A stretch of 64,000 nt of DNA, taken from Ophelia neglecta. Lineage: Eukaryota. Below are positions 39,492 through 52,016 of this stretch, piece after piece. Positions within the stretch are counted from its first letter, which is position 1; every line of letters starts with the position of its first letter. A program made the translations under genes and the position numbers. The DNA lies in the NCBI GenBank assembly GCA_965285935.1, contig OZ260665.1, positions 41,602,001-41,666,000 on the forward strand. The letters are read 5' to 3'. Below the pieces are notes generated by a model. It did no database searches. It was given only the letters and a program-made list of their open reading frames with translations, and was not told where the DNA came from.

Positions 39492-40193
39492 CTGAAATAC
39501 CTTCCTTAATTATGCTTTTGTTTTCAACGATTCGGATATTCAGTTAAATCTGGTTTAGTAAGTGAACTGTCATTACCACAAATAACAAACAAATATACAG
39601 CGTCAACAGCATAATGGCCTATCGAACATCTACCTGTTGTATTCAAACAGACATTCATAATTCAGTAGTCAGTAGGGGGATTATAGGGCGTTATATTCTA
39701 CACTACTAACGTTCTGTACATTTGCTTTCAGGTTCTATGTAAATCAGTTAACCCCAGGCTGCCTCTTGTAAAATGTTAATACCTCGTTAAATATGTGTTC
39801 AATGTTAACTTCTTTAACCTCTTCTTAGATGTGTGTAAATATTTCATTTGATTCACGTACTTGGTCTCCCTAATCTTCTCCATCACAAGCTTTCTATCGA
39901 CTATCATTCAAAGAAGAGTAAGAAACCATAGATGCATTTCAATACTACCTATACTAAGTGCTCTTGGTCTATTAAAGATACGTGCGTTTTTCCAATTTAT
40001 TTGCTGTACTAATCTGTGACTACAATACTGGAGCATAACTGATCATGTCTTCAAATCCTTCCCTAGCTCCTAAATTCATGGATGCATACTTATAGGGCCA
40101 AATTCTTGACCCAACATCATGTCTTATTCCTTAATACAATATATTTTGCCATACTGTTTGCACGTTGCACAATATATGTGTTCGAGTTCCTAC

Positions 40194-43100
40194 CTTGGCA
40201 ACCTTCATCTGGTGCAGCATGAACTGCTGAGTCTTCCTGCCTAAGAAGACGTTCCACTGCAGACACAACAGTTGTTGTCATAGTTTTCTTTTCCCATGTT
40301 CCATCAGGGCGCGTTTGTTCAGATTCTTGAACGGACACTTTTACATCAAGATTATCTCCTTCGGGCGAGTGTAAACCCTCTGGTAATTGCGTCACCTCTT
40401 CCAGAACTTCAGTGCCTAATATCTGTTCTGACTCATTAACAGTTTCAATACCATCACTTATCGTTTTTTCTATGATTGGTTTGTAATGGGTGACAGTAGT
40501 AGTTTTAGTTTTAACGGTGGTTCCATCATCCAGTGCCTCCTCACTTTCCTTCGTGTCTGTCCTTGTAGTCACTTCACCTTCTATCACTTCTGTTTTTGCC
40601 TCGGGTTCTTTCAATGTTAGTTCCTGTTCAATTTCTCTCGGTGCACCTATGTCATCTGCCATTAGTTGAATAGGTACTTCTTCGACGTTCGCTACTTTTT
40701 GATTAAGTTCCACGTGCGGTTCATCTGTTTGCACCTTTTTAACAGATGTTGTTTTAACTGTTTTCTTTGCCCATGTTCCATCAGGGAGAGTTTGCTCAGA
40801 ATCTTGAACGGACACTTTTACTTCCAAATTGTCTCCTTCCGAGGAATGGACGCCCTCGGGCAATTCTGTGACTTCCTCCAGTATGTCAGTGCCTACAATG
40901 TGGTCAACTTTATTGATTGTTTCAATACCATCTATACTGGTAATTTCAATAACTGGCTTATAGTAGGTCAGAGTAGTGGTCTTGGTCTTAAGAGTGGTAC
41001 CATCATCGAGTACCTCCTCGCTGTCTTTAGTGTCAGTCTTAGTGGTCACCTCTCCTTCTATCACTTCTGTCTTGGTCTCGGGTTCTTTCAAAGTCAGATC
41101 CTGTTCAATTTCTTTGGGTGTACTAATTTCATTAGCCGTAAGTTGACTAGGTTCTTCTTCGATTTGTGATATTTTTTGATCAAGTTTCACTGCCGGTTCA
41201 ACTGACTGCACCTTTTTAACAGTGGTTGTTTTCACCGTTTTCCTTATCCATATTCCATCAGAAAGAGTTTGTTCCGAGTCTTGAACAGACACTTTTACAT
41301 CCAGATTATCTCCTTCTGGAGAGAGTACATCCTCCGGTAATTCAGTTACTTCTTCCACGACCTCTGTGCCTAATACTTGTTCTGATTCATTAACAGTTTC
41401 TATTCCGTCACTAGTCGTTTTTTCTATAATTGGTTTGTAATGGGTGACAATAGTAGTTTTAGTTTTGACAGTGGTTCCATCATCAAGTACCTCCTCACTT
41501 TCCTTCGTGTCAGTCCTTGTGGTCACTTCTCCTTTTATCACTTCTGTCTTGGCCTCGGGTTCTTTAAAAGTAAGTTCTTGTTCAATTTCTCTCGGTGCAC
41601 TTATGTCGTCTTTCGTTAGTTGAATAGGTTCTTCCTTAACTTGTATTTTCTGCTCAAGTTCATCTGGCGGTTCACCTGTTTGCACCTTTTCACAAGTGGT
41701 TGTTTTTACTGTTTTTCTTATCCATGTTCCATCAGGGAGAGTTTGTTCCGAGTCTTGCACGGACACTTTAACATCCAAATTATCTACATCTTGAGAGAGT
41801 ACACCCTCCGGCAATTCAGCCACCTCTTCCAGAACTTCGGTGCCTACAACTTGTTCTGACTCATTGACAGTTTCAATACCATAACTAGTCGTTTTTTCCA
41901 CGATTGGTTTGTAATGGGTGACAGTAGTAGTTTTGGTTTTGACAGTGGTTCCATCATCCAGTAAGTCGTCACTTTCTTTAATATCAGTCCTTGTGGTCAC
42001 TTCTCCTTTTATCACTTCTGTTTTGATTTCAGGTTCTTTCAAAGATATTTCCTGTTCAATTTCTCTGGGTGCATTAATTTCATCTGCCGTTAGTTGAATG
42101 GGTAGTTCTTCGACCTGTGCTACATTTTGACCAAGATCCACTACGGGTTCCACTTCGTGCACCTTTTCAACAGTGGTTGTTTTAACAGTTTTTCTTGTCC
42201 ATGTTCCATCAGGCAGAGTTTGTTCCGAGTCTTGAACGGACACTTTTACATCCAGATTATCTCCTTCGGGGGAGTGGGTACCCTCCGGTAATTTAGTCAC
42301 CTCTTCTAGAACCTCTGTGCCTAAAATTTGCTCTGATTCATTCTCAGTTTCAATGCCGTCACTAGTCGTTTTTTCTATGATTGGTTTGTAATGGGTGACA
42401 ATAGTAGATTTAGTTTTGACGGTGGTTCCATCATCCAGTACCTCGTCACTTTCCTTCGTGTCAGTCCTTGTTGTAACATCTCCCTCTATCACTTCAGTCT
42501 TGATCTCCGGTTCTTTCAAAGATATTTCCTGTTCAATTTCTTTGGGTGAACTAATTTCATCCGCTATTCGTTGACTAGGTACTTCTTCGCCTTGAGCTAC
42601 TTTTTGATCAGGTTCCGCTGATGGTTCAAATATTTGCCCCTTTTTAACAGTGGTTGTTTTAACCGTTTTCCTTGTCCATGTTCCATCAGGGAGAGTCTGT
42701 TCAGAATCTTGAACTGACACTTTTACATCAAGATTATCTCCTTCGGGCGAGTGTAAACCCTCTGGTAAATATGTCACCTCTTCCAGAACTTCAGTGCCTA
42801 ATACTTGTTCTGATTCATTAACAGTTTCAATACCATCACTAATCGTTTTTTCTAAGACTGGTTTGTAATGGGTGATAGTGGTAGTTTTGGTTTTGACAGT
42901 GGTTCCATCAGCCAGTAAATCCTCACTTTCTTTAGTATCAGTCCTTGTGGTCACTTCTCCTTCTATCACTTCTGTCTTGACCTTGGGTTCTTTCAAAGTA
43001 TGTTCCTGTTCAGTTTCTCTAGGTGAACTTATGTCATCTGCCATTAATTGAATAGGTACTTCTTCGATCTGTGCTACTTGTTGATCAAGTTCACCTTGCG

Positions 43101-46100
43101 GTTCATCTATTTGCACCTTTTTAACAGTGCTTGTTTTAACTGTTTTCCTTGACCATGTTCCATCAGGGAGAGTTTGTTCCGAGTCTTGCACGGACACCTT
43201 TACTTGCACATTATCAACATCTGGAGAGAGTATGCCCTCCGGTAATTCGGTCACCTCTTCTAGAATCTCTGTGCCCACTACTTTTTCTGATTCATTGGCA
43301 GTTTCAATACCACCACTAATGGTCTTTTCTATAATTGGTTTGTAATGGGTGACAGTAGTAGTTTTGGTTTTGACAGTGGTTCCATCATCCAGTAAGTCCT
43401 CTCTTTCTTTAGTATCAGTCCTTGTGGTCACGTCTCCCTCCATCACATCAGTCTTGGTCTCGGATTCTTTCAAAGATATTTCCTGTTCGATTTCTTTGGG
43501 TGCACAGATTTCTTCTGCCTTTAGTTGAATGGGTACTTCATCGACTTGTGCTACTTTCTGCTCCAGTTCCACTGGTGGTTCTACTGCCTGCACCTTTTTA
43601 ACAGTGGATGTTTTCACTGTTTTCCTTGACCATGTACCATCCGGGAGAGTTTGGTCAGACTCTTGCACGGACACTTTTACATCAAGATTATCTCCTTCGG
43701 TGGAGTGGATACCCTCTGATAATTCAATCACATCTTCCAGAACTTCTGTGCCTAATACTTGTTCTGATTCATTAACAGTTTCAATACCATCACTAATCGT
43801 TTTTTCATTGATTGGTTTGTAATGTGTGACAATAGTAGTTTTAGTTTTAACGGTGGTTCCATCATCTAGTACCTCCTCACTTTCCTTCGTGTCTGTCCTT
43901 GTGGTCACTTCTCCTTCTATCACTTCTGTCTTGGCCTCTGGTTCTTTCAAAGTGAGTTCCTGTTCAATTTCTCTTGGTGCACCTATGTCTTCTGCCATTA
44001 GTTGAATAGCTTCTTCTTCGATGTGTGCTACTTTTTGATCAAGTTCCACATGCGGTTCATCTGTTTGCACCTTTTTAACAATGGTTGTTTTAACCGTTCT
44101 TCTCGACCATGTTCCATCAGGGAGAGTTTGTTCTGAGTCTTGCACAGACACTTTCACTTCCACATTATCCATATCTGGAGAGTGTATACCCTCCGGTAAT
44201 TCAGTCACCTCTTCCAGAACTTCGGTGCCTACAACTTGTTCAGATTCATTCTCAGTTTCAATACCATCACTAATCTTTTTTTCTATAATTGGTTTGTAAT
44301 GGGTGACAGTAGTAGTTTTGGTTTTGACAGTGGTTCCATCATCCAGTAAGTCCTCTCTTTCTTTAGTATCAGTCCTTGTGGTAACATCTCCCTCTACCAC
44401 TTCTGTCTTGGCCTCGGGTTCTTTCAAAGATATTCCCAGTTCAATTTCTTTGGGTGCACCCATTTCTTCTGCCGTTAGTTGAATGGGTATTTCTTCGACT
44501 TGTGCTACTTTCTGTTCAAATTCCACTGGTGGTTCAACTGTGTGCATTTTTTTAACAGTGGTTGTTTTCACTGTTTTCTTTGACCATGTACCATCAGGGA
44601 GAGTTTGTTCAGACTCTTGTACGGACACCTTTACATCCAGCTTTTCTCCTTCGGGGGATTGGATACCCTCTGGTAATTCAGTCACCTCTTCCAGAACTTC
44701 GCTGCCTAATACTTGTTCAGATTCATTGACAGTTTCAATACCATCACTAATCTTTTTTTCTATGATTGGTTTGTAATGGGTGACAGTAGTAGTTTTGGTT
44801 TTGACAGTGGTTCCATCAGCCAGTAAATTCTCACTTTCTTTAATATCAGTCCTTGTGGTCACTTCTCCAATCACTTCTGTCTTGACCTCGGGTTCTTTAA
44901 AATATATTTCCTGTTCGATTTCTTTGGGTGCACTTGTGTCATCTGCAATTAGTTGTATAGTTTCTTCTTCGATGTGTGCTACTTTTTTATCTAGTTCCAC
45001 AGGCGGTTCAACTCTTTGCACCTTTTTAACAGTGGTTGTTTTGACCGTTTTCCTTGTCCATGTTTCATCAGGGAGAGTTTGTTCAGACTCTTGCACGGAC
45101 ACTTTCACTTCAACATTATCAACGTCTGGAGAGTGTATGCCCTCCGGTAATTCAGTCACCTCTTCTAGAATCTCTGTGCCTAATACTTGTTCTGATTCAT
45201 TGGCAGTTTCAATGCCTTCACTAGTTGTTTTTTCTACAATTGGTTTGTAATGGGTGACAGTAGTAGTTTTGGTTTTGACAGTGGTTCCATCATTCAGTAA
45301 ATCTTCACTTTCTTTAGTATCAGTTCTTGTGGTCACATCTCCTTCTATCACTTCTGTCTTGGCCTTGGGTTCTTTTACAAATATTTCCTTTTTAATTTCT
45401 CTAGGTGCACTTATTTCGTCTGCCACTAGTTGAATGGGTACTTCTTCGACCTGTGCTTCTTTCTGCTCAAGTTCATCTGGCGGTTCAACTGTGTGCATTT
45501 TTTTAACAGTGGTTGTTTTCACTTTTTTCCTTGTCCATGTTCCATCAGGAAGAGCTTGTTCTGAGTCTACAACGGACATTTTTACATCCAGATTATCTCC
45601 TTCCGGGGAGTGTATACCTACAGGTAATTCAGTCACCTCTTCAAGAATCTCTTGGCCTAAAACTTTGTCTGATTCATTGAGAGTTTCAATACCATCACTT
45701 ATCGTTTTTTCTACGATTGATTTATAATGGGTGACAGTGGTAGTTTTAGTTTTGACAGTAGTGCCATCATCCAGTACCTCCTCACTTTCTTTAGTATCAG
45801 TCTTTGTGGTCACCACTCCTTCTATTACTTCTGTCTTTGCCTCAGTTTGGGGTTTCATCGTTACAGCGGTAGTTCTTACAGCCTTTTTTACCCATGTTCC
45901 ATTTGCAAGTGTCTCCTCTGTTTCTTGAACAGTGGATTTTACTTCAAGATTGTCCCCGGTGGTGTCTGTAACTCCTTCTGGTAACTCCACTCTTTCTTCT
46001 AGTATTTCTTTTCCAAGGAATAATTCCTCTGTCTTTTCCGTTTCTTGTCCATCTAATGTGGTCGATGTTGTAATTGGTTGAAAGTAGTTAATTATTGTAC

Positions 46101-46820
46101 ATTTTGACTTTACTTTCGTTCCATTATCAAGGATATTTTCGGTTTCTTTTATCTCTGATTTTGTAACTATTTCGCCTTGGGAAACTTTACTCGTAGTTAC
46201 AGGACTTTGAAGCAAAGTTTCTTTCTTCAGTGTAGCGTAAATTGTTTTGACTGTTCTTCTTAGGTAAGACCCATTGCTTTGTACAGTTTCAGACGTTTCT
46301 GCCTCACATTCGTCTCTTTCAAGTTCTTCCAGATTTTCAAAAGAGACCCCAGCCGGCACATAAGTAATCTCTTCCTGGATGTCTGTGCCTATTAGTACTT
46401 CTTCAATGATATTGGAACTTTCTTCTATCCCATCAATGAATACTTTCTCAATATGTGGTTCAATGTGTGAAATAGTAGTCACTTTGGTTATAACGGTAGT
46501 GCCATCTTGTTGGGTTTGTTTATTTTCAGTTACACTACATTTATCTTGGATTGGTGCTTTTATAATATCCTTAGTCACTGCTGGTGGTTTTGTAGGAGGG
46601 ACAATTTCAGTTATGTCAGATTCTAGGATATGATCTGGAACAGTTTCAGAGTACACCATTTCAACAGGTTCTGCGGTTTGGGGGACACTAATCTTGTCAA
46701 CTAGTTCTTGTTCTATTCCAGTTGGGCTAACAGTGTCATAGCTTTCCTGAAATGTTCCCCTGTCTGGGTGTTCAGGGGTTGGAGTAAGTTCCCTGTCTTC
46801 TTCTGACGGAGAACCTCTTT
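40194..46820 (-). CDS. ANK: Giant exon A (6,627 bp, about 2,209 aa), E/T/V/K-rich repeats
   Basis: Lies inside ORF 40117..46911; acceptor ATTTCCAG|AA, donor CAAG|GTAGGA; phase 1-1. Confidence 0.88.
40260..45845 (-). repeat. Coding tandem array, 12 x 477 bp (159 aa), moderately diverged
   Basis: The THYKP anchor recurs every 474-477 bp from about 40483 to 45724; two further diverged modules extend to about 46550. Confidence 0.92.
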
Positions 46821-47864
46821 CTGGAAATTGTACACAGATAACATTCTTTGATGTCAGAAGACAATTTGCAAGCATTCGATCATTAGTAGGAGCATATGAA
46901 CAAATGGCCATGCCCGTTATTTTCTATGTGTAATCAAACACCTCTGTTAATCACTTTGTATGATGATTTGAACTATAATCATTCATGCCCGCTTCCTCAG
47001 GCTTGAAAATTGCAATTAAACTAGATCACCACTACAAGGCGGTGTTTTAAGGCAAAGTGACAGGTGATGATGGTGTATGATCAAGTGAAGTGTATGGGGG
47101 CGTCAGGAACGATATAGCTTCAAATAGCCAACTTAAACATAAACAACACAATTCACCACCAGGATACACTGATGGACTTCGAAACAAAATGTTGAACAAA
47201 CAAAGAGACACTGACACAAATGTTTATAATATCATGCCAGTTTTTTCATGAAAAAACATAAATATATATATTTCAAACTCGAAGAAAGGCATCCATCGAC
47301 TTCATTGTGCTTTGCCATTCTGATCAGAAGCTAAAGCATTGTATACGGACTACATCTTTTATAGCTTTCCAAAATTAAACAGCTTTACTGGCCCGCAACA
47401 CAGCTGTTTTATGGCATGCTGCATACCATGCTTGCAAGTGTCTTCTTGCAAGTTTGAACAATTGTTTATGGATTTGTTTGTATGCAAAAAATCCATCATA
47501 TAAAACAAATTGTTATCCCAAAACATCACATGCAGATGGAATCCATCTTCTCGAAAGCTTGGTGACAGCAACAAATTCAGCAAAATATCCAATATGCTTC
47601 AAACATATTGAACCTTGATTACAAATTTTGGCCACCTTAATGTCTATATTGGCAGTAGGTGATCAGGTAAATTCTATATGGTTATAGTTTTACATTGGGT
47701 TCAAAACTAATAGAGAAAGAAATGTAAAGCAGTAGTTATTTCCAACCTTTATTTTGAATTAAAAGAACACATAAAGCCTGTCATGCAAAAAGGGAACATA
47801 CAGACATAGAAAGCATTAAGCAATGAACAACTGTCAGACAGGAACACAGTAGGTCCATTCATTT

Positions 47865-47877
47865 TTTATTATTTATT
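47865..47877 (-). terminator. Candidate polyadenylation signals (AATAAA x2)
   Basis: Plus-strand tttatt at 47865-47870 and 47872-47877, followed on the minus strand by the GU-rich stretch TGTGTTCCTGTCTG. Confidence 0.35.
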
Positions 47878-48128
47878 AATATTCCCTCATTTACATATGC
47901 TATAAACTATCTATAAAAATACTGCCATTATGTAGAAGTGGTGACAAAAATGATCCGCTATTAATCAAGAACCCTCCCCATGAAAGCTGTACATGAAATG
48001 TTCATCACCAGAAGACATTACATGTGATAGGGATTATACCTCCAACTACATCTATATCTACACACTATGTTCCCGCTTGAAACCACTGGTTCTGCATTCC
48101 TGTCCTGTATGCTGTGGATCAGTTGAAA

Positions 48129-48175
48129 TCAAGCCATGCTGTGGATGGTTGCCACAAATTCCATTTCAATCGGTG
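48129..48175 (-). CDS. ANK: Candidate alternative terminal coding exon (short ankyrin isoform)
   Basis: Acceptor TCATATTCCTCTATACCTGTCAACTTCTAG|; phase-1 entry gives APIEMEFVATIHSMA-stop; tandem AATAAA about 250 bp downstream. Confidence 0.45.
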
Positions 48176-49573
48176 CTAGAAGTTGACAGGTATAGAGGAA
48201 TATGATTTCTACCTATTTGTGATTAAGTCTACAGAAATAGAAAATTATTTTTTTTGAAGGGAGTTGGACTATGGAGGGTCTATGTTTACATTTCTATAAC
48301 AAATTTGCCATGTACTTTCATCCTTGGCATGTCAGTCCAATGTGATTTGTATGATCTTTGTGAGACACATATGTACAACATAAAGACTTCAACACCACAA
48401 GATAATTTAGGTATGTACATGAATGGTTTGAAATAGCCAAATGTACTGATGCTGGGAGTCTACAGCAAATTAGATTATATTTAACAATACCATTAGACTT
48501 GGGTGTTAAATACCACAGGTCAATTGGCAGTGCTGTTTCCACAATGGACTGACCAATATTAAACAATATACCCATCATATCTCACACATAAATCTGTAGG
48601 ACCATGCACAACAACTACTCATTTAAGTGTGAGCATATTCAACTGCCTTGGAACTGCACATGACACTACCTTCACTAAACACATACAAAGCATTCCAAAC
48701 AAACTTTCACACACATGGAACCCAATAGGCAAAAGGGACACATTTCATATAAAAAGAACACATTTCATGTATGCTGGGAGACAAATACGGGAGACAAATA
48801 TTGCAAGTTGGATGGTTGTGATGACAAGTGATGGGAGAGTTGCTAGGATGTTATTGAGGATGCCCAGCTTTTGATTCATGCACCGATTGCCCCAGCAGCC
48901 TGTTGAATTAGGTGATTAGCTTTGGCTGGCTAAGTTAGACTATTTTCTGTCAATTTTGCTACTGTTGTGCTATAAGTAGTTAATAAATAAATTAACTGAA
49001 TATCCCGTTAAAAACATAGGCTTCTATTATAAAAATAATAATTGAGTGCAATGGTAATTATCCCAAAGCATTATTTGTTTGCTATAACTTTAACATGAAT
49101 GATGTGGAACAAAAACTTTGTTAAAATCAATAGTACAAGAAATAATTATAAAATAATACATACATACATGTAGAACAAAATGTTGTTTTATTACATACAA
49201 AATAAATATAAAATAAAAGTGACATAAAAGCATTCAAGGAATTTTCATTGCCAAAATTGCCATTGTTCGAAACATTCTAAATTCAAGCCTCATTTTTGTA
49301 TGCTAGTAATAGTGGTGCAGTTCTTTTTCAAAATGAGAGGGTAAGCAAGATTTTCTAATACAATTACAGGTGATACACAAAATTTGTCATAGAAAACTGT
49401 CAATGAGAAAGGTTGAAAAGTCATCGGTATGCTGTGAGACATTTGACGTGAGAAAAGAACCACTATTCATACATAGAGAACCCATTTTGCACAAGAGTCC
49501 TGAATATAACTGACAATCTATACATGTTTACCAATTAAACAGTTAGTTTATAAAAATAATTATTTTTATATAC

Positions 49574-49642
49574 CTTGTTGAGGTGCAGTCTGCTGTTGAT
49601 CAGCAAGCTTGGCTGAAACTTGCTCTTCAGTTACTTCTTTAT
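49574..49642 (-). CDS. ANK: Ankyrin tail cassette exon
   Basis: Acceptor TTTTTTCCTCCCTATCATGTAG|, donor AAG|GTATAT; 69 bp, phase 1-1; DKEVTEEQVSAKLADQQQTAPQQ. Confidence 0.78.
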
Positions 49643-52016
49643 CTACATGATAGGGAGGAAAAAAAGATTCAATCACCAACCCATTACCGTAAAATAAATA
49701 AGCTATTTTATAATACCAAAATAAAGCGACCTTGTTCGAAGGTGATATGCCTGATGGAAGAGATTAACATGTATATCACCACTGAACAGTTCAATCCTAT
49801 AAAATGTAAACTGTAATAATAAATAAAGTAAATGATAATTTACAATGGAACATGATATTACTTAGTAGTTATGATCTTATAATAGTCAATACCATGGAAA
49901 TCCAATAAATAGGACTGCATTTATAGTGTGACCTTTAGGTTTATAATTCATGGCATAGCTATGACCAAACAGCCAAATAGGTAAGTAAGTTATGGTGTAA
50001 GACCACATGAGAAGATCATTGAAATGAAATTTAAGATGTTTAATAGCACAAAAGTTACATTCAAACATAGCACAGTCAAGGAGGATAAGTGCACATAAAT
50101 CATATATGAAATGCACTGGACCTTGACATAACTTTTGCCTCGATATCCTATTGACACTTAATTATACATGTGTACTTTTGTGCACCCATTTTGTACATGG
50201 AATGGCAAGAGTTTTTCAAGTCCATTGGAGGTGGAGGGGAGGGCGGGGATCAATTGGAGGGGCAGGGCAGAGGGAAAAATAATCTTAGGTATCTGGAACA
50301 TCAACAAAATAACATAACTATGTAACATAGAATTTATTTTTGCCAGCAAGTCAAAGGATTCAGATTTGAAGGTTTAACCACTTTGTCAATCTACAAGGTC
50401 AATGAAGGTCATCAAATAACAGAATGCTAGTATTAGCTTGTTCAATACTGGTGAAATGATGTTTGTAACAGCCATATTTCTTATAGTCACCTTGAAGGCC
50501 GAAGATTTGGTCAACAAGGTAGCCACATATACATGTATATCAGGTCTACATTGCACACTTAGGTCTACACATTTGTGCAAAAGTAAGAATATTGTTTCAA
50601 TAAGGTAGCCTTTTAGTAGATAAGCTATAGGCCAAAACTGTACCAATAAATTAATGCTCTCATCAGGCATTTAGTGATGAAACCTAATTCCAACAAATCC
50701 TTAGTTTTATTTTTTTTTAACCTGGAAAATTGTGGGGGAGGGGGGGGGGGCACCAATCTTTTGATTCAGCCAATTCTAGTTATCATATACATTTGATTTA
50801 TAATATGTAGGATAGGTGTCAATAAAGGCAATTTAAGTAAATGAACAATTCTAACACATTCAAATATGTTTGATAACAACAATAGTGTTATAGATGTCTA
50901 AGATTATGATTTAAATTTACAGGAGTTTATCTGTAAGATATTGCAGAGTATTCAAATTGGGGCAAGTTTAATAACAAATCCCTGTCATATGCAAAAAACA
51001 TAAAAAATGAAAACTTTGTATTCATTTGGTTATATAAAGCTTAAAATAACAAAACATCAGTCATAATGTAACAAAATGCAAAGAAACACAAAATGACACA
51101 CATTGTACACATACATTTACATATTATACACATACAGTAGTTCAAGTGTATGCACAATCCATTCAAAACATTTTGTTCTTTCACACACACAAGTACACAA
51201 TATACCTGTAGGTAGGAGTTGAAGACTGCTGAGCTTTGTATCTAATGCCTTTTCACCCTTTATTATATTACTTAATGTTTTTGAATAACCTCAGCATAAA
51301 ACATGTGAAGGCTCAAAGAAACTATTAGTTATGTTTTCACCTTTTCCAACTGTTTTGGTCCACACAAAATAACATCCATTAAGCTCTTATTTGGCATTTT
51401 CCCCATGGAAGGAAGGTTTTGATTTAGACCAGGAATACTCTGGCACCATCTTTTCAATGTTTTAACAATTCATAATATTTATTCAGTTATTTTGCTCTCA
51501 GGTACTTATTCTTAGTTCCTAATACGAAGAGAAGCAGTTTTCTATTTATGATTGATTTTTTGAATATTAATTGTATAAAGCCATTTTGGGAGTAATTGTT
51601 ACATTTAATAGAATGAATTCTTTACCACAGTTCTTAGAAATCAGTTTGTTTTATTAGAGTGGCTGAGGCAGTGCCTGTTAAACCTTTTTAAATTTTGTAT
51701 GGCATTCCTAATGAAAAGTATTACTTCATTACCAAATTTCTGTACTTAGCTAAAACAACTTCAGCCCAGCAGCAGCAATCAACACCCAATTCAGAGAAGT
51801 TTAATGAGTATTGCAACACTAAAACTAAAACTAAACTACACTGTGCTAAATGCCCAAACAAATCTAATTAAAAGCAAGATAAAAATAATTACCAAACTGG
51901 AAAAAGTTCAGGGTGAGATTTAATACTTTTATAGGTAAATATTACAGTGTGTCAGGTGCAAACTGAGGGGAAACTGAGAGAATCCATCCAAACCATTCAA
52001 ATTGAAGGTTTTATAC

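Noticed and set aside
39492-39549. Upstream alternative acceptor for exon B (AAACCAG|AT)
   Set aside because: Phase-1 reading hits TGA after 8 codons and the acceptor is weak
25580-45845. Many [ST]x[IL]P matches (TNIP, TEIP, TSLP, TELP) as EB-binding SxIP motifs
   Set aside because: Functional SxIP motifs need a basic, Ser-rich context, whereas these are in strongly acidic surroundings and look like part of the module core
209-46633. Dozens of periodic plus-strand ORFs rich in Ser, Thr and Val
   Set aside because: They are antisense shadows of the E/T/V-rich minus-strand coding repeats and recur with exactly the array periods
1548-46911. Treating the three giant ORFs as independent single-exon genes (e.g. 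bacterial adhesins or titin)
   Set aside because: ORF starts and ends fall in intron-like sequence, each ORF has phase-1 GT-AG boundaries continuous with the ankyrin exons, and no Ig, Fn3 or secretion motifs were seen
50225-50750. G-rich runs that could form G-quadruplexes (50230-50275, 50734-50750)
   Set aside because: They are short low-complexity tracts on the template strand with no further evidence of function
51206-51241. Possible 36-bp phase 1-1 micro-exon (DTKLSSLQLLPT)
   Set aside because: The donor is plausible, but the acceptor is purine-rich with no pyrimidine tract and the peptide composition is unlike the neighbouring exons
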